Shown here piece after piece: positions 1-9,412 of a stretch of 64,000 nucleotides of DNA (position 1 is the stretch's first letter; every line of letters starts with the position of its first letter). A program made the position numbers and the translations under genes. The stretch comes from Myxococcota bacterium (GTDB taxonomy: Bacteria; Myxococcota_A; SURF-8). Under the pieces are notes generated by a model that saw nothing but the letters and a program-made list of their open reading frames with translations, made no database searches and was not told the DNA's origin. The stretch lies in assembly GCA_963674735.2 (NCBI GenBank), contig CAXXQS010000001.1, positions 992,001 to 1,056,000 on the forward strand, written 5' to 3'.

Positions 1-886
1 GTTTGGTTTCGGGAATTATTTTTATTCGGTCTTCAGGGAAACCGGCCTGATTCCACCATTCTTTGCTGGTTTCGAGAGGCAAGACCTTCTCCCATTCGGA
101 AATCAGCCCGAGTACGGGGCAAGAGACATGGCCGTAATCGTTTGTTGGCCGATAACCACCGAAGTACGAGGCGACCGAGCGCAAGGTGAGCGCTTGGCAG
201 TAAATCGGGTCATTCTGAATATTTTCGAAATAGGCGATGAGGTCTGTTTGTGAAGAAAGATCTTTGACTTTCTTGGGGTCCACCAGTTTACGAATCGGAA
301 TCATCAAGTCCGGTTTGAACTTGTTGACTTGCCTAAGAAACGCATTGAGCAGCCACTTTCCTTTATCCGCCAGTTCTCCCGGATAGATCCAGTTATGACA
401 GATCGCGCTTTTAATGCCGTCGAGGTCGGGAAGGAGGTAAAAGGTTGTGATTCCGCCTAGGCTTGTTCCGAAAAGACCGATCGAGGCGTTATATGTTTGG
501 GTCGCGTACTCGATCACGATAGGCATCAATTCCTTGACGTCTTCCACCGAGCAATCGCCGCGCCGCCCGTCCGAAAATCCGTGCCCGGGCCGATCGATGG
601 CGACAATGTTGAAGCCTGCCTCGGATAGCATAGCTAAAAAGACGAAGTAAAAGCGGGAGTAGTTGCAAATTCCACAATGGAAGATCAACACCGGATCGCT
701 TGGGTTAGATTCGTAAATGTCGAGATTGATCGATCCTTCTCGAAACGGAATCGAGACAGGTTTGACCCGCGCGTAAAGCTCACCGATTCGGCTTTGTCCC
801 CCGGCGGCATCGCAAACGACCGGAAGACGTTTTATCAGCGCCGGAAGGCTCTTGTCTGCGTATTGCATCCAATCGTTTTGACTCAT
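1..886 (-). CDS. Alpha/beta hydrolase (lysophospholipase-like), 3' end runs off the window
   Basis: Not in the ORF track. Manual minus-strand translation gives MSQNDW...VLIFHCGICNYSRFY...VAIDRPGHGFSDGRRG...GLFGTSLGG (nucleophile elbow GxSxG). Alternative starts at 898/904. Confidence 0.8.
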   Translation of the reverse strand, partial: MSQNDWMQYADKSLPALIKRLPVVCDAAGGQSRIGELYARVKPVSIPFREGSINLDIYESNPSDPVLIFHCGICNYSRFYFVFLAMLSEAGFNIVAIDRPGHGFSDGRRGDCSVEDVKELMPIVIEYATQTYNASIGLFGTSLGGITTFYLLPDLDGIKSAICHNWIYPGELADKGKWLLNAFLRQVNKFKPDLMIPIRKLVDPKKVKDLSSQTDLIAYFENIQNDPIYCQALTLRSVASYFGGYRPTNDYGHVSCPVLGLISEWEKVLPLETSKEWWNQAGFPEDRIKIIPETK

Positions 887-1096
887 GTTCAAGTCCATCT
901 CCATGAGTTGCCGTAGTCGGCCGGTCCGACTTTAGAGTGTCGGGTGATGCTAGGTCAGAATGGGCGGGAAATCCAGAAAAAACAGTCACTCATCGAGGAT
1001 CGTAATTGTGGCTCGTTGTTTTCGTTTCAGGCCATCAGACTGAGGCCCTCTTGCTTTTCATCTCTTTACATGGTAGGCCGACAGCGGAGGTGACGC

Positions 1097-1906
1097 ATGA
1101 CGGATGTTCATGATGAGCGCGTATCGTTTGACGATTTGGTTGACATTATGGCCACCCTGCGAGGACCGGATGGGTGCCCTTGGGATCGTAAGCAAACGCT
1201 TGAAACGATTAAGGATTACTTCACGGAAGAAGTTTACGAAGCCTTGGAGGCGATAGACGAAGGTGATTTCGACAAGATCCGAGAAGAACTCGGGGATGTT
1301 TTGTTCGAAGTCTGCTTTCTGGCCCGTCTTTGTGAAGAAAACGGCAGGTTCACGGTTTACGATTCGATTCGCCAGATCCATGACAAATTGATTCGGCGCC
1401 ATCCCCATGTTTTTGGAGATGAGAAGGTTACTGAAGCGGAAGAAGTTCCCGGACGCTGGGCCAAATTGAAAGCGCAGGAAAAGCGAGACAATGGCGAACG
1501 AGTTTCCATTTTGGATGGTGTTCCGAAACGGCTGCCGCCCCTTTTACAGGCACTTCGTATTTCCGAACGAGCGGTTGCTGTCGGGTTCGAGTGGGAAACG
1601 GCCGGTGACGTACTTGAAAAATTGGAAGAGGAAATCGCCGAGTTGAAAGAGGCGATCGAACTGGGAGAGCCGCGCGAACGCTTGGAGGATGAACTGGGAG
1701 ATGTCCTGTTCACGGCCGTTAATGTGGGGCGTAAGCTGGAAATAGGGGCTCACGATTCTCTCACCCGAACCATGAACAAGTTCCGGACGCGTTTCGGATG
1801 GATGGAAAGGCGACTGCGGGAGCAGGGAAAAGAATTGGAAGAACAGGGTATCGAGCAGTTGGAAATGCTGTGGCAAGCGGCAAAGAGAGTGGAACGCGAG
1901 AAATAA
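1097..1906 (+). CDS. mazG: Nucleoside triphosphate pyrophosphohydrolase MazG
   Basis: GCPWDRKQT, EEVYE, EELGD, KLIRRHPHVF and a second EDELGD motif; SD GGAGG upstream. Confidence 0.95.
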   Translation: MTDVHDERVSFDDLVDIMATLRGPDGCPWDRKQTLETIKDYFTEEVYEALEAIDEGDFDKIREELGDVLFEVCFLARLCEENGRFTVYDSIRQIHDKLIRRHPHVFGDEKVTEAEEVPGRWAKLKAQEKRDNGERVSILDGVPKRLPPLLQALRISERAVAVGFEWETAGDVLEKLEEEIAELKEAIELGEPRERLEDELGDVLFTAVNVGRKLEIGAHDSLTRTMNKFRTRFGWMERRLREQGKELEEQGIEQLEMLWQAAKRVEREK

Positions 1907-1907
1907 A

Positions 1908-1930
1908 AAGGGCGGGAATAACCCGCCCTT
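1908..1930. terminator. Hairpin between convergent genes, probable intrinsic terminator
   Basis: AAGGGCGGG-AATAA-CCCGCCCTT, with an A-run on the left (U-tract for the minus strand). Confidence 0.75.
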
Positions 1931-1954
1931 GCGATGGATAGCTAAAGAATAGCC

Positions 1955-2716
1955 TTACTTCTTGCGACCTTTCTTCGGTTCTTTTTTGGCCGGTTCGTCT
2001 TTGGTGCGACCTTTTTTGGGAGTCTTGACTTTCTCTTCTTCAACGGCCGGAGCTTTGTCGCCTTTGGCTTTTTTCATCGGATCGATGATTTCTTTTTCTT
2101 TGGTGGGATCCACCTGTACATTGGTGTCGGCCTTCAGGTCTTTCTCGGAAAGCTTGATGGCTTTCAAGAGTTTCGCCCGTTTGGCTTCGACCCCTTTTTT
2201 GTCGGCATTGAAGTAAGTGCGGAAGGCCAGGCGCTTCGCCGCGATCAAGCCGCTTTTACCTTTGCCATCCCAGCCGGTCTTGGCTTTGGTCTGAAGAAGT
2301 CCTTTTTTCTGGGAAAGCAAAGCGGCTTTGACGGTATAGCCGCCATTTTTGTCTTTTTTGAGTGCCAGGCTGACGACGTGGTTGGCTCCCGATTCACCTA
2401 ACACTTTTTGCTGGCAGATCGGGCTGCAACAAGCAAGATCTTTCGGGAAATTCTTTTTGACCATTTCAGCCGCTTTGGCAGCGTCTTCTTGGGAAAGTGC
2501 CGCGACGGACGTTCTCATCGCGGTGAAAGATTTGTTGAATTCTTTCCAGAATGCGGCCAAAGCTTGATCGGAAACCTGGTCGTCGATCCCTTCAAGCGGC
2601 AAGACAACCAATTTCGAGAAAACGGCTTTACTTTCAGCTGCGGCCGGTCCCGCGAACGCCGCCAGCATGACACCAGCCAACACCATCGTAAACAGAACCA
2701 TAAATTTGCTGCGCAT
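1955..2716 (-). CDS. Exported hypothetical protein; TolB-N/CsgG-like domain plus Lys-rich tail
   Basis: Signal peptide ending AAA-E; LVVLPL...CCSPIC...GANHVV pattern; strong SD AAGGAGG. Confidence 0.6.
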   Translation of the reverse strand: MRSKFMVLFTMVLAGVMLAAFAGPAAAESKAVFSKLVVLPLEGIDDQVSDQALAAFWKEFNKSFTAMRTSVAALSQEDAAKAAEMVKKNFPKDLACCSPICQQKVLGESGANHVVSLALKKDKNGGYTVKAALLSQKKGLLQTKAKTGWDGKGKSGLIAAKRLAFRTYFNADKKGVEAKRAKLLKAIKLSEKDLKADTNVQVDPTKEKEIIDPMKKAKGDKAPAVEEEKVKTPKKGRTKDEPAKKEPKKGRKK

Positions 2717-2935
2717 GTGCTCCTCCTTTAGGAAATAATACCCCTCGGTTCGTATAAGCCATATTTGTAGCTGGAGTCTACCATCATTGAGTAAAAGCGT
2801 CTAGCCATTTTCCTGAAAATGCCATGAACAATTTCGGTGATGGCAGCTGTTGCCAAGTCGGTAATTACGGAACTTGGATTGACTGAGCAGATCGAATATT
2901 CCAGTCGAAATTGAATGGATCGTTCGATTCGGAGG

Positions 2936-4690
2936 TCAATAAGGCTTCAGTTCCTTGTCGCCTGCATATTCGAGATAGGATGGAGCAATCCCGAAACAGC
3001 TATCTATGCGGGAACAGGACTGGCAAGGCTCGGCCTTGACGCCGAGATCCAGGGTGCCTTTGTCGAGCGTGAAGGTCGAGGTCGGCGTGACAACCAGCGC
3101 ATTTTCTTCCAGCGGATGCCACACCAGTTGTTCCTGGCCTTTGAAGAAGCAATAAGGGATGTAGTAACAGCGGATGGGACCCAAGCCTTTGGCTTCAGCA
3201 AAAACAGCCGCTTGTTTGACTGCTTGGGCGGCCTCCGTCATGTTGGGGGCCAGTTCGTCCCAGTGCTGGCGTGCGCGCCCCTCGGCTGTGACAAACCAGA
3301 AATTGAAGGCAGAAGCGCCAAATCCGGAAAACAGTTGTATATGGCGGGTTAGGGTGGGGACTGTCTGGCGGGTGAGAATCACATCGAGTTCCAACTTCAC
3401 CTGCGGTGACAATTCCGCTACATTTGCAACCGCCTGGGTCAAGCTGGCAAATGAACCTAGCGAACCGGTGAGGAAATCGTGAGTTTCGGGGTCGGCCCCA
3501 CGTACTGAAATGTTGAACTTATTGACTCCGGATGTTACCAACGCTTGCAGATAGTCGGAATCCGCCAGCCGGAAGCCGTGTGTTTGAACGGAAATCGTTT
3601 CGAAGTCCAAAGCCTTTGAATAGCGGATCAATTCCTCTAAATCGGAGCGTTCGGTCGGTTCGCCTCCGCCAAAGCGTATGACATGGGGACCGAAAGCCAT
3701 GGCGCGGTCGATTTGATCGAGAACCTGTTGAGTTGTCATGTTATGCGGGAGCAGGTGATCCTCGACCGCACAGTAGCGGCAATTGATCGAGCAACTATAG
3801 CCCGCGATGATATCCAGCATGCGAACACGGGATGATTCACCCGTTTGCGGGTCTTGCCCAAAATCCCAAAATCCTTGGCAAATATTGTCATGGGCGCATC
3901 GAGCGCATTTCGCGTTTTTAAAACGACGCTCTGCCAGCCAGTCACCCAAATTCACTTCGCGTCCATCCACAAACAGCATGCGGCGGCGCGATTTCCCGGT
4001 GTCATGCAGCGCGTAGCTTTCATAACCCGGCATAAAACAAGCCGGTAGGTTAATGGCTTGTATCCTGATCTTGCTGCCGAATTCTTCGATCAAGTCGACA
4101 ATAACCGTGCCCGCTTCATATGGATCGGGCGCCAACTCGGGTTTGACCTCCCCGAAAGGCGTGTAATATTGCAAGTTCCATACGTGGATACCCAAACGTT
4201 CGAGTAGCAAACCCAGTTTGCGCAGATGATGCAGGTTGGAAGCTACCAGTGTTGTATTGACGCCTAAGTCAGGGAAAGAGGGTTGAGCATTCATGATTCC
4301 TTTGACGGTCTGTTTGAAGGAACCGTTCTGGGTGGTCAAACTGTCATGGATGGAGGCGTCTCCACCGTGCAACGACACCAGCAGACGGATGGGGCGTTTA
4401 TTGAGCTGTTCCACTAGCGCGTGGTCGGAAAGCAGGCGACCGTTGGTGGTGACGGTGATGGGCTGCATGCCGACTTCAACGGCATAATCGATCAAGTCGA
4501 AGAAACGAGGGTAGAGAGTTGGTTCCCCGCCATCGATATCAAGGGCAGTGATTCCCTCGCGGAAAGCCTGATCGATGCGTTCTTTTTGCTGAGCAAAATC
4601 TCCGTGGGCGATGCTGCGGTCGGCAATGGCGCAGAAAATGCAATGGTTGTTGCACTTGTAGGTGACGTTGATAATCAGTTTTTCGTCCAT
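2936..4690 (-). CDS. Tandem double radical SAM protein, HxsC-like C-terminal Cys motifs
   Basis: Two CxxxCxxC motifs (CNNHCIFC, CSINCRYC), each followed by GGEPT and a CxxCx5C tail (CARCAHDNIC, CQSCSRIDSC). Confidence 0.9.
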   Translation of the reverse strand: MDEKLIINVTYKCNNHCIFCAIADRSIAHGDFAQQKERIDQAFREGITALDIDGGEPTLYPRFFDLIDYAVEVGMQPITVTTNGRLLSDHALVEQLNKRPIRLLVSLHGGDASIHDSLTTQNGSFKQTVKGIMNAQPSFPDLGVNTTLVASNLHHLRKLGLLLERLGIHVWNLQYYTPFGEVKPELAPDPYEAGTVIVDLIEEFGSKIRIQAINLPACFMPGYESYALHDTGKSRRRMLFVDGREVNLGDWLAERRFKNAKCARCAHDNICQGFWDFGQDPQTGESSRVRMLDIIAGYSCSINCRYCAVEDHLLPHNMTTQQVLDQIDRAMAFGPHVIRFGGGEPTERSDLEELIRYSKALDFETISVQTHGFRLADSDYLQALVTSGVNKFNISVRGADPETHDFLTGSLGSFASLTQAVANVAELSPQVKLELDVILTRQTVPTLTRHIQLFSGFGASAFNFWFVTAEGRARQHWDELAPNMTEAAQAVKQAAVFAEAKGLGPIRCYYIPYCFFKGQEQLVWHPLEENALVVTPTSTFTLDKGTLDLGVKAEPCQSCSRIDSCFGIAPSYLEYAGDKELKPY

Positions 4691-4869
4691 TAAACGATCG
4701 CCTCCACTTGTTCGAGGAAGGTCTTCAAGCTATCAGCAAAGCAGAGGATGGTCAATGGCTTGTGTTTTGTGTGGAAAAGTCATGGTTGCTTGTAAAGCTT
4801 CGGTATCCAGTTTGCCTTATGCTATACTTCCGCCGCAAGCCCCGACGACCGGTGCAGGATGGATGATCA

Positions 4870-5628
4870 ATGAGCGCAAGTCGTTACATTTTATCGATTA
4901 TTTCCATGTCATTTTTGATCTTTGTGATTCTATGGCTTGGCTTTGACGGTATGGCCCTGGCTCAGGACGAGGGGGGACCGCCGTTGGAAGCCGATCCCCC
5001 AGCCTACTTGACTTTCGAGTTGCAAGCCGGTAGCGAGTTTCCACTGTCAATCGGGGCTCGTGGAGTGCTGCACATGCCCTACGGCCTCCATTTCAATTTG
5101 GGTGCGGGGATAATGCCCGAGCCTTATGTTGCTGTGACAAACGCCTTGTTGCAGGGGGTTGGCGCATACGGTGAAAACACGGCCAAACTGGTGGATGTTG
5201 CGTTATCGAATGCCTTGGTGCTGGATTTGCAATTCGGGTGGGATCCCGGATCGCCGGGGGGCTTTTTCTTCGATCTCGGCTATTCGCTTTGTATCCTTGG
5301 TGGACGAGACACCGATATCGATCTTGTCGAAGCGGCAACCGGTGTCGATCTGCGATTTATGCGCTTGGACCCAGAGATGGAAGTCTCAAGCCGATTGCAC
5401 AATTTATCGCTTCATGGCGGTTATATCTTTTTGATCGACCGGAATTGGTCGGTCACGCTGGCTCTTGGAATCGTCAAGACCGTGGCAGCTTCGAATAAGG
5501 TTAGTTTCAAGACCGATACGGCACGCAATAGCGTGGCAGCTTCTGAGATAGACGGCTATCTGAGTGATTTGTACCTGGAATATGGGATTATTCCGACCTT
5601 GTCATTCTATGCCGGATACCGTTTTTAG
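4870..5628 (+). CDS. Hypothetical exported protein, probable outer-membrane beta-barrel
   Basis: Signal peptide (ALA-Q), alternating beta-strand pattern, C-terminal YAGYRF beta-signal. Confidence 0.6.
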   Translation: MSASRYILSIISMSFLIFVILWLGFDGMALAQDEGGPPLEADPPAYLTFELQAGSEFPLSIGARGVLHMPYGLHFNLGAGIMPEPYVAVTNALLQGVGAYGENTAKLVDVALSNALVLDLQFGWDPGSPGGFFFDLGYSLCILGGRDTDIDLVEAATGVDLRFMRLDPEMEVSSRLHNLSLHGGYIFLIDRNWSVTLALGIVKTVAASNKVSFKTDTARNSVAASEIDGYLSDLYLEYGIIPTLSFYAGYRF

Positions 5629-5648
5629 AAAAGGCTAGAGAAGCGCGA

Positions 5649-6440
5649 ATGTCTCAAGACACGCAGCAGTTACAAAGTAAATCGGCTCTACTGGCCTTTG
5701 TCCGTCAGGTGGGGGAGGTGGGCCTCTTCTTTCTCAATGCGATCAACTGGGCTTTGCGACCTCCCTATCATTTCGGTGAATGGGTTCGCGTGATGAACAG
5801 TCTCGGCTGGCGATGCCTGGTTCCAGTCGTTTTGGTGGTCGGCCCCATGGGGGCGGCTGTCAGCCTGCAGGGAATGAAATTGCTGCAGATGTTCGGTACC
5901 GAGCACATGCTGTCGAGCATGCTTTCTGTGGCGATTCTGCGCGAAATTTCCCCCGTGATGGCGTCCATGATGGTGGCGAGTCAAGCCGGTTCCTCGATTG
6001 CGGCTGAATTGGGGGCGATGCGGGTCAAGGAAGAGATCGATGCGCTGGAAGTGATGGCCGTTAATCCCATCCAGCGACTCGTCGTGCCGCGTTTGCTGGC
6101 TGGCCTGGTTATCACACCGTTTTTGAACGCCTTTGCCAGCTTTGTGGGACTCGTCGGTGGCTACATTGTGGCGGTTCCCATAAAAGGGCAGAATCTCGGC
6201 ACATTTATGAGCAATCTCTATAGTATCGTCGGACCGGAAGATTTAACCATCGGTCTTATCAAGACGTCCTGCTTCGGTCTTGCGATTACGACTATCGCCT
6301 GTTACTACGGCTACAATGTCACCGGCGGAGCCGAGGGTGTGGGGCGCGCCGCCAACCGTACTGTGGTATACAGTGTGGTCGTGGTTTTACTGATCAACTA
6401 TTTCCTCTCTAGTCTATTTTACGGCAAAGTGGTCGGCTGA
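5649..6440 (+). CDS. mlaE: MlaE/YrbE family ABC permease
   Basis: REISP, GSSIAAELGAMRVKEEIDALEVMAVNP, LVVPR, GGAEGVGRA. Confidence 0.9.
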   Translation: MSQDTQQLQSKSALLAFVRQVGEVGLFFLNAINWALRPPYHFGEWVRVMNSLGWRCLVPVVLVVGPMGAAVSLQGMKLLQMFGTEHMLSSMLSVAILREISPVMASMMVASQAGSSIAAELGAMRVKEEIDALEVMAVNPIQRLVVPRLLAGLVITPFLNAFASFVGLVGGYIVAVPIKGQNLGTFMSNLYSIVGPEDLTIGLIKTSCFGLAITTIACYYGYNVTGGAEGVGRAANRTVVYSVVVVLLINYFLSSLFYGKVVG

Positions 6441-6549
6441 AAATACCTCTGAATTCGTCTGTAAGTTGTCGGAAAGGTTGACCTTCGGGGAAGAGGGGGA
6501 TATGTTTGTAAACGATATCCAATGAAACCATTAGCGAGGGACTGAAGCG

Positions 6550-7077
6550 ATGGCAATTTTCGAATTTGACGGGCATCGACCGCAGATCGGAAGCCGCTGC
6601 TATGTAGCGGATTCCGCCGAGGTTATCGGCAATGTGACGTTGGGTGAAGGCTGTTATGTCGGACCGGGAGCCGTTATTCGCGGGGATTACGGTCAGATCG
6701 TCATTGGCGCCAATACCGGAGTTGAAGAAAACGTGGTTATCCATGCGCGTCCGGAGGATATCTGTACCATCGGAGAATGGGTGACGCTCGGGCATGGCTG
6801 CATTATTCATACAGCAAAGAAAATCGACGATTACGCGGTTATCGGGATGGGGGCCATCGTGTCGGACTGGGCTGTGGTCGGAAGCTGGGCGGCAGTGGGA
6901 GAGGGTGCGGTGGTTCGCAACAAACAAGAGATACCGGCTGGTGGTATTGCGGTCGGAGTGCCCTGCAAAGTCATCGCCGAAACAAGTGACGAGTGGCGCA
7001 AAACCTGGATGCATTTCAAGGAACGCTATCAGGACTTCGCGCATACCTATCGTGAGCGGCTGAAGAGAATCGATTAA
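6550..7077 (+). CDS. Gamma carbonic anhydrase family (PaaY/CaiE/YrdA-like) hexapeptide-repeat protein
   Basis: VIGNVTLG...AVIRGD...VVIH...TLGHGCIIH left-handed beta-helix pattern. Confidence 0.9.
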   Translation: MAIFEFDGHRPQIGSRCYVADSAEVIGNVTLGEGCYVGPGAVIRGDYGQIVIGANTGVEENVVIHARPEDICTIGEWVTLGHGCIIHTAKKIDDYAVIGMGAIVSDWAVVGSWAAVGEGAVVRNKQEIPAGGIAVGVPCKVIAETSDEWRKTWMHFKERYQDFAHTYRERLKRID

Positions 7078-7110
7078 GCAGTCGGCGCAGAGTATTCAGG
7101 GGAAATAGAT

Positions 7111-8466
7111 ATGGCGTGGCTGGATCGTGTTTTTGGTTATACGCAAGCCGGTAGCAGTTTTAGGGCGGAAGTCCGGGGAGGATTCACCACTTTTCTGACG
7201 ATGGCCTATATCATCTTTGTTCAGCCTGCCGTGTTAGCCATTGCCGGTATGCCTGCAGAGTCGGTTTTCCTAAGTACTTGTTTGGCTGCTGCATTTGGAA
7301 CGATTCTTATGGGATTGTTGGCGCGTTATCCCATTGCGCTTGCTCCGGGAATGGGAGAAAACTTCTTTTTCGTTTTCTCCGTAGCACTGGTGAAAGTCGG
7401 TGGGGAGCAAGTCGGTTGGCAGGCGGCGCTGGGCGTCGTGTTTATGTCGGGGTTGGTGTTCTTTCTGCTCACGGCTTTTAAAATTCGCGAGATGATTCTC
7501 GAAGCCGTGCCGGCGAGTTTGCGCAATGCCATTGCCGTTGGCATCGGTCTTTTTATCGCGGAAATCGGCTTGTTACATGCCGGGATTATCACGGTCGACA
7601 AAATCAGCTTGTTGCCGAAACTCGGCGACTTCAGTTCTCCGCCCGTTTTTCTAGCCATTTTGGGATTGCTGCTGACTATGGCGCTGATGGCTCGCCAAAT
7701 CCGGGGTGCGATCATGTGGGGAATTCTGGCCACGACGGGGCTGGGATGGTTATTCGGGGTGGTGGAATATGGGGGTATTATTTCGGCTCCTCCTGCCGAT
7801 TTCACCGTGTTTTTCGCTATGGATTTGGGGCGAGTGTTCAGTCATATCGACTTTTTGACCCTGATTCTGGTTTTCCTGTTCATGGATATGTTCGATACGC
7901 TGGGGACGTTGGTGGGGGTCAGCGAACAAGCGGGTTTCATGAATAAAGACGGCAAACTTCCACGTGTCAACCGGGCATTGTTTGCCGACGCCACGGCCAC
8001 GGTAGCCGGTGCCTGCATGGGTACATCCACCGTAACAAGCTATATCGAGTCGGCCTCCGGTGTGGAAGCGGGTGCGCGCACGGGGCTTGCCAACGTGGTG
8101 ACGGGATCCCTATTTTTACTGGCGCTTTTTTTCTTTCCTCTGGTTGCCATGGTTGGTGGAGGCTGGTTGATTCCGGGTAGTCAACCTTCGGCCTATCTTT
8201 ATCCCATCACGGCCCCTGCTTTGATCGTGGTGGGCTCGATGATGGCGCGCAATGTCATGAAAATCGATTGGAGCGAGGTGGGGGAAGCCATCCCCGCATT
8301 TCTGACAATCATCGGTATTCCATTGACATTTTCCATTTCCGACGGCTTGGCATTCGGCTTTATCAGCTACCCTTTCATTAAGCTCTTTGACGGGAAAGGT
8401 CGCGAGGTTTCACCGTTATTGTATTTACTGGCTGTCTTGTTTGTTGCTCGATATGCCTTTTTGTGA
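7111..8466 (+). CDS. NCS2/AzgA family purine permease
   Basis: TTFLTMAYI, PIALAPGMG, FDTLGTL, TSYIESASGV, GARTG, SISDG motifs. Confidence 0.92.
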   Translation: MAWLDRVFGYTQAGSSFRAEVRGGFTTFLTMAYIIFVQPAVLAIAGMPAESVFLSTCLAAAFGTILMGLLARYPIALAPGMGENFFFVFSVALVKVGGEQVGWQAALGVVFMSGLVFFLLTAFKIREMILEAVPASLRNAIAVGIGLFIAEIGLLHAGIITVDKISLLPKLGDFSSPPVFLAILGLLLTMALMARQIRGAIMWGILATTGLGWLFGVVEYGGIISAPPADFTVFFAMDLGRVFSHIDFLTLILVFLFMDMFDTLGTLVGVSEQAGFMNKDGKLPRVNRALFADATATVAGACMGTSTVTSYIESASGVEAGARTGLANVVTGSLFLLALFFFPLVAMVGGGWLIPGSQPSAYLYPITAPALIVVGSMMARNVMKIDWSEVGEAIPAFLTIIGIPLTFSISDGLAFGFISYPFIKLFDGKGREVSPLLYLLAVLFVARYAFL

Positions 8467-8473
8467 GACTGAA

Positions 8474-9409
8474 ATGAAGCAGGTACCCCGCATTTCCGTT
8501 TGCTTGGTTTCCTGGAACGGCTGGGACGATCTGGATCGCTGTCTGTCCTCAGTCGAGACCCAAACTCTTGCTCCCTTCGAAGTTCTGCTGAGTGACAATG
8601 ATTCTAAAGACGATACTCCCAAGCGAGTTCGCGAGCATTATCCATGGGTATTGCTGGAGGCATTGGAAGAAAATGTCGGTTTTGCCGAAGGGACCAACCG
8701 CGCGGCAACACGGGCGACGGGCGACTGGCTGTTTGTGGTCAATACCGATACCGAATGGGCCTCAAACCTTATCGAAGTTCTGATTCAGGCAACTGAAACA
8801 TACCGGAATTACCCGATAATTTCTTGTCAGATGCGCAGTATGGCAGATCGGCATACCATCGATTGCAAAGGCATGCGTTTTCTGCCTTCACTGCGGGGGC
8901 AAATGGTTGGGCCGGGTCAAATGGTTGACCCAAACGAAGAGCCTTATCCCATCTTCGGGGCGACAGGCGGAGCCATGCTTGTCCGAAAAGACGTGGTCGA
9001 TGAAATCGGTCTGTACGACTCCGCCTTCTTCTTCAATAACGAAGATGTCGATTTTGCCTTACGCGCTTTAAGTGCCGGTTATCGAACCTTATATCTGCCC
9101 CAGGCTGTCGTCTACCATCGGCGTTCACCCAACGAGGCGCGTATCCCAGAAAAAGTGCTCTACTATATCCAGCGCAACATGGAATTGGCTGTTTTCAAGA
9201 ATATTCCCTGGCCGGTTTGGCTGGCATTAGGCCCTCTGCACCTTGCCTATAACGGCTATCAGCTTGGAAAATGGAGCGCCAGGGGGATGGGTGGGGTTGT
9301 TTTGAAAGCGAAAGTGGATGCGATCAAAATGATGCCGAAGTTGGCTCGAAATCCGATTTCCACGAAGAAATTATTGAAATCATTAGGGCGATTTCGCTTG
9401 AAAGACTAA
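8474..9409 (+). CDS. Glycosyltransferase family 2
   Basis: VSWN, DNDSKD, NVGFAEGTN, NTD, GGAMLVR, EDVD motifs; start moved to ATG 8474, just after the permease stop. Confidence 0.88.
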   Translation: MKQVPRISVCLVSWNGWDDLDRCLSSVETQTLAPFEVLLSDNDSKDDTPKRVREHYPWVLLEALEENVGFAEGTNRAATRATGDWLFVVNTDTEWASNLIEVLIQATETYRNYPIISCQMRSMADRHTIDCKGMRFLPSLRGQMVGPGQMVDPNEEPYPIFGATGGAMLVRKDVVDEIGLYDSAFFFNNEDVDFALRALSAGYRTLYLPQAVVYHRRSPNEARIPEKVLYYIQRNMELAVFKNIPWPVWLALGPLHLAYNGYQLGKWSARGMGGVVLKAKVDAIKMMPKLARNPISTKKLLKSLGRFRLKD

Positions 9410-9412
9410 CCG

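Noticed and set aside
2785-2826. Tiny minus-strand ORF (MAFSGKWLDAFTQ) as the radical SAM precursor peptide
   Set aside because: No ribosome-binding site, no His-x-Ser or other precursor-like pattern, and it overlaps a probable promoter region.
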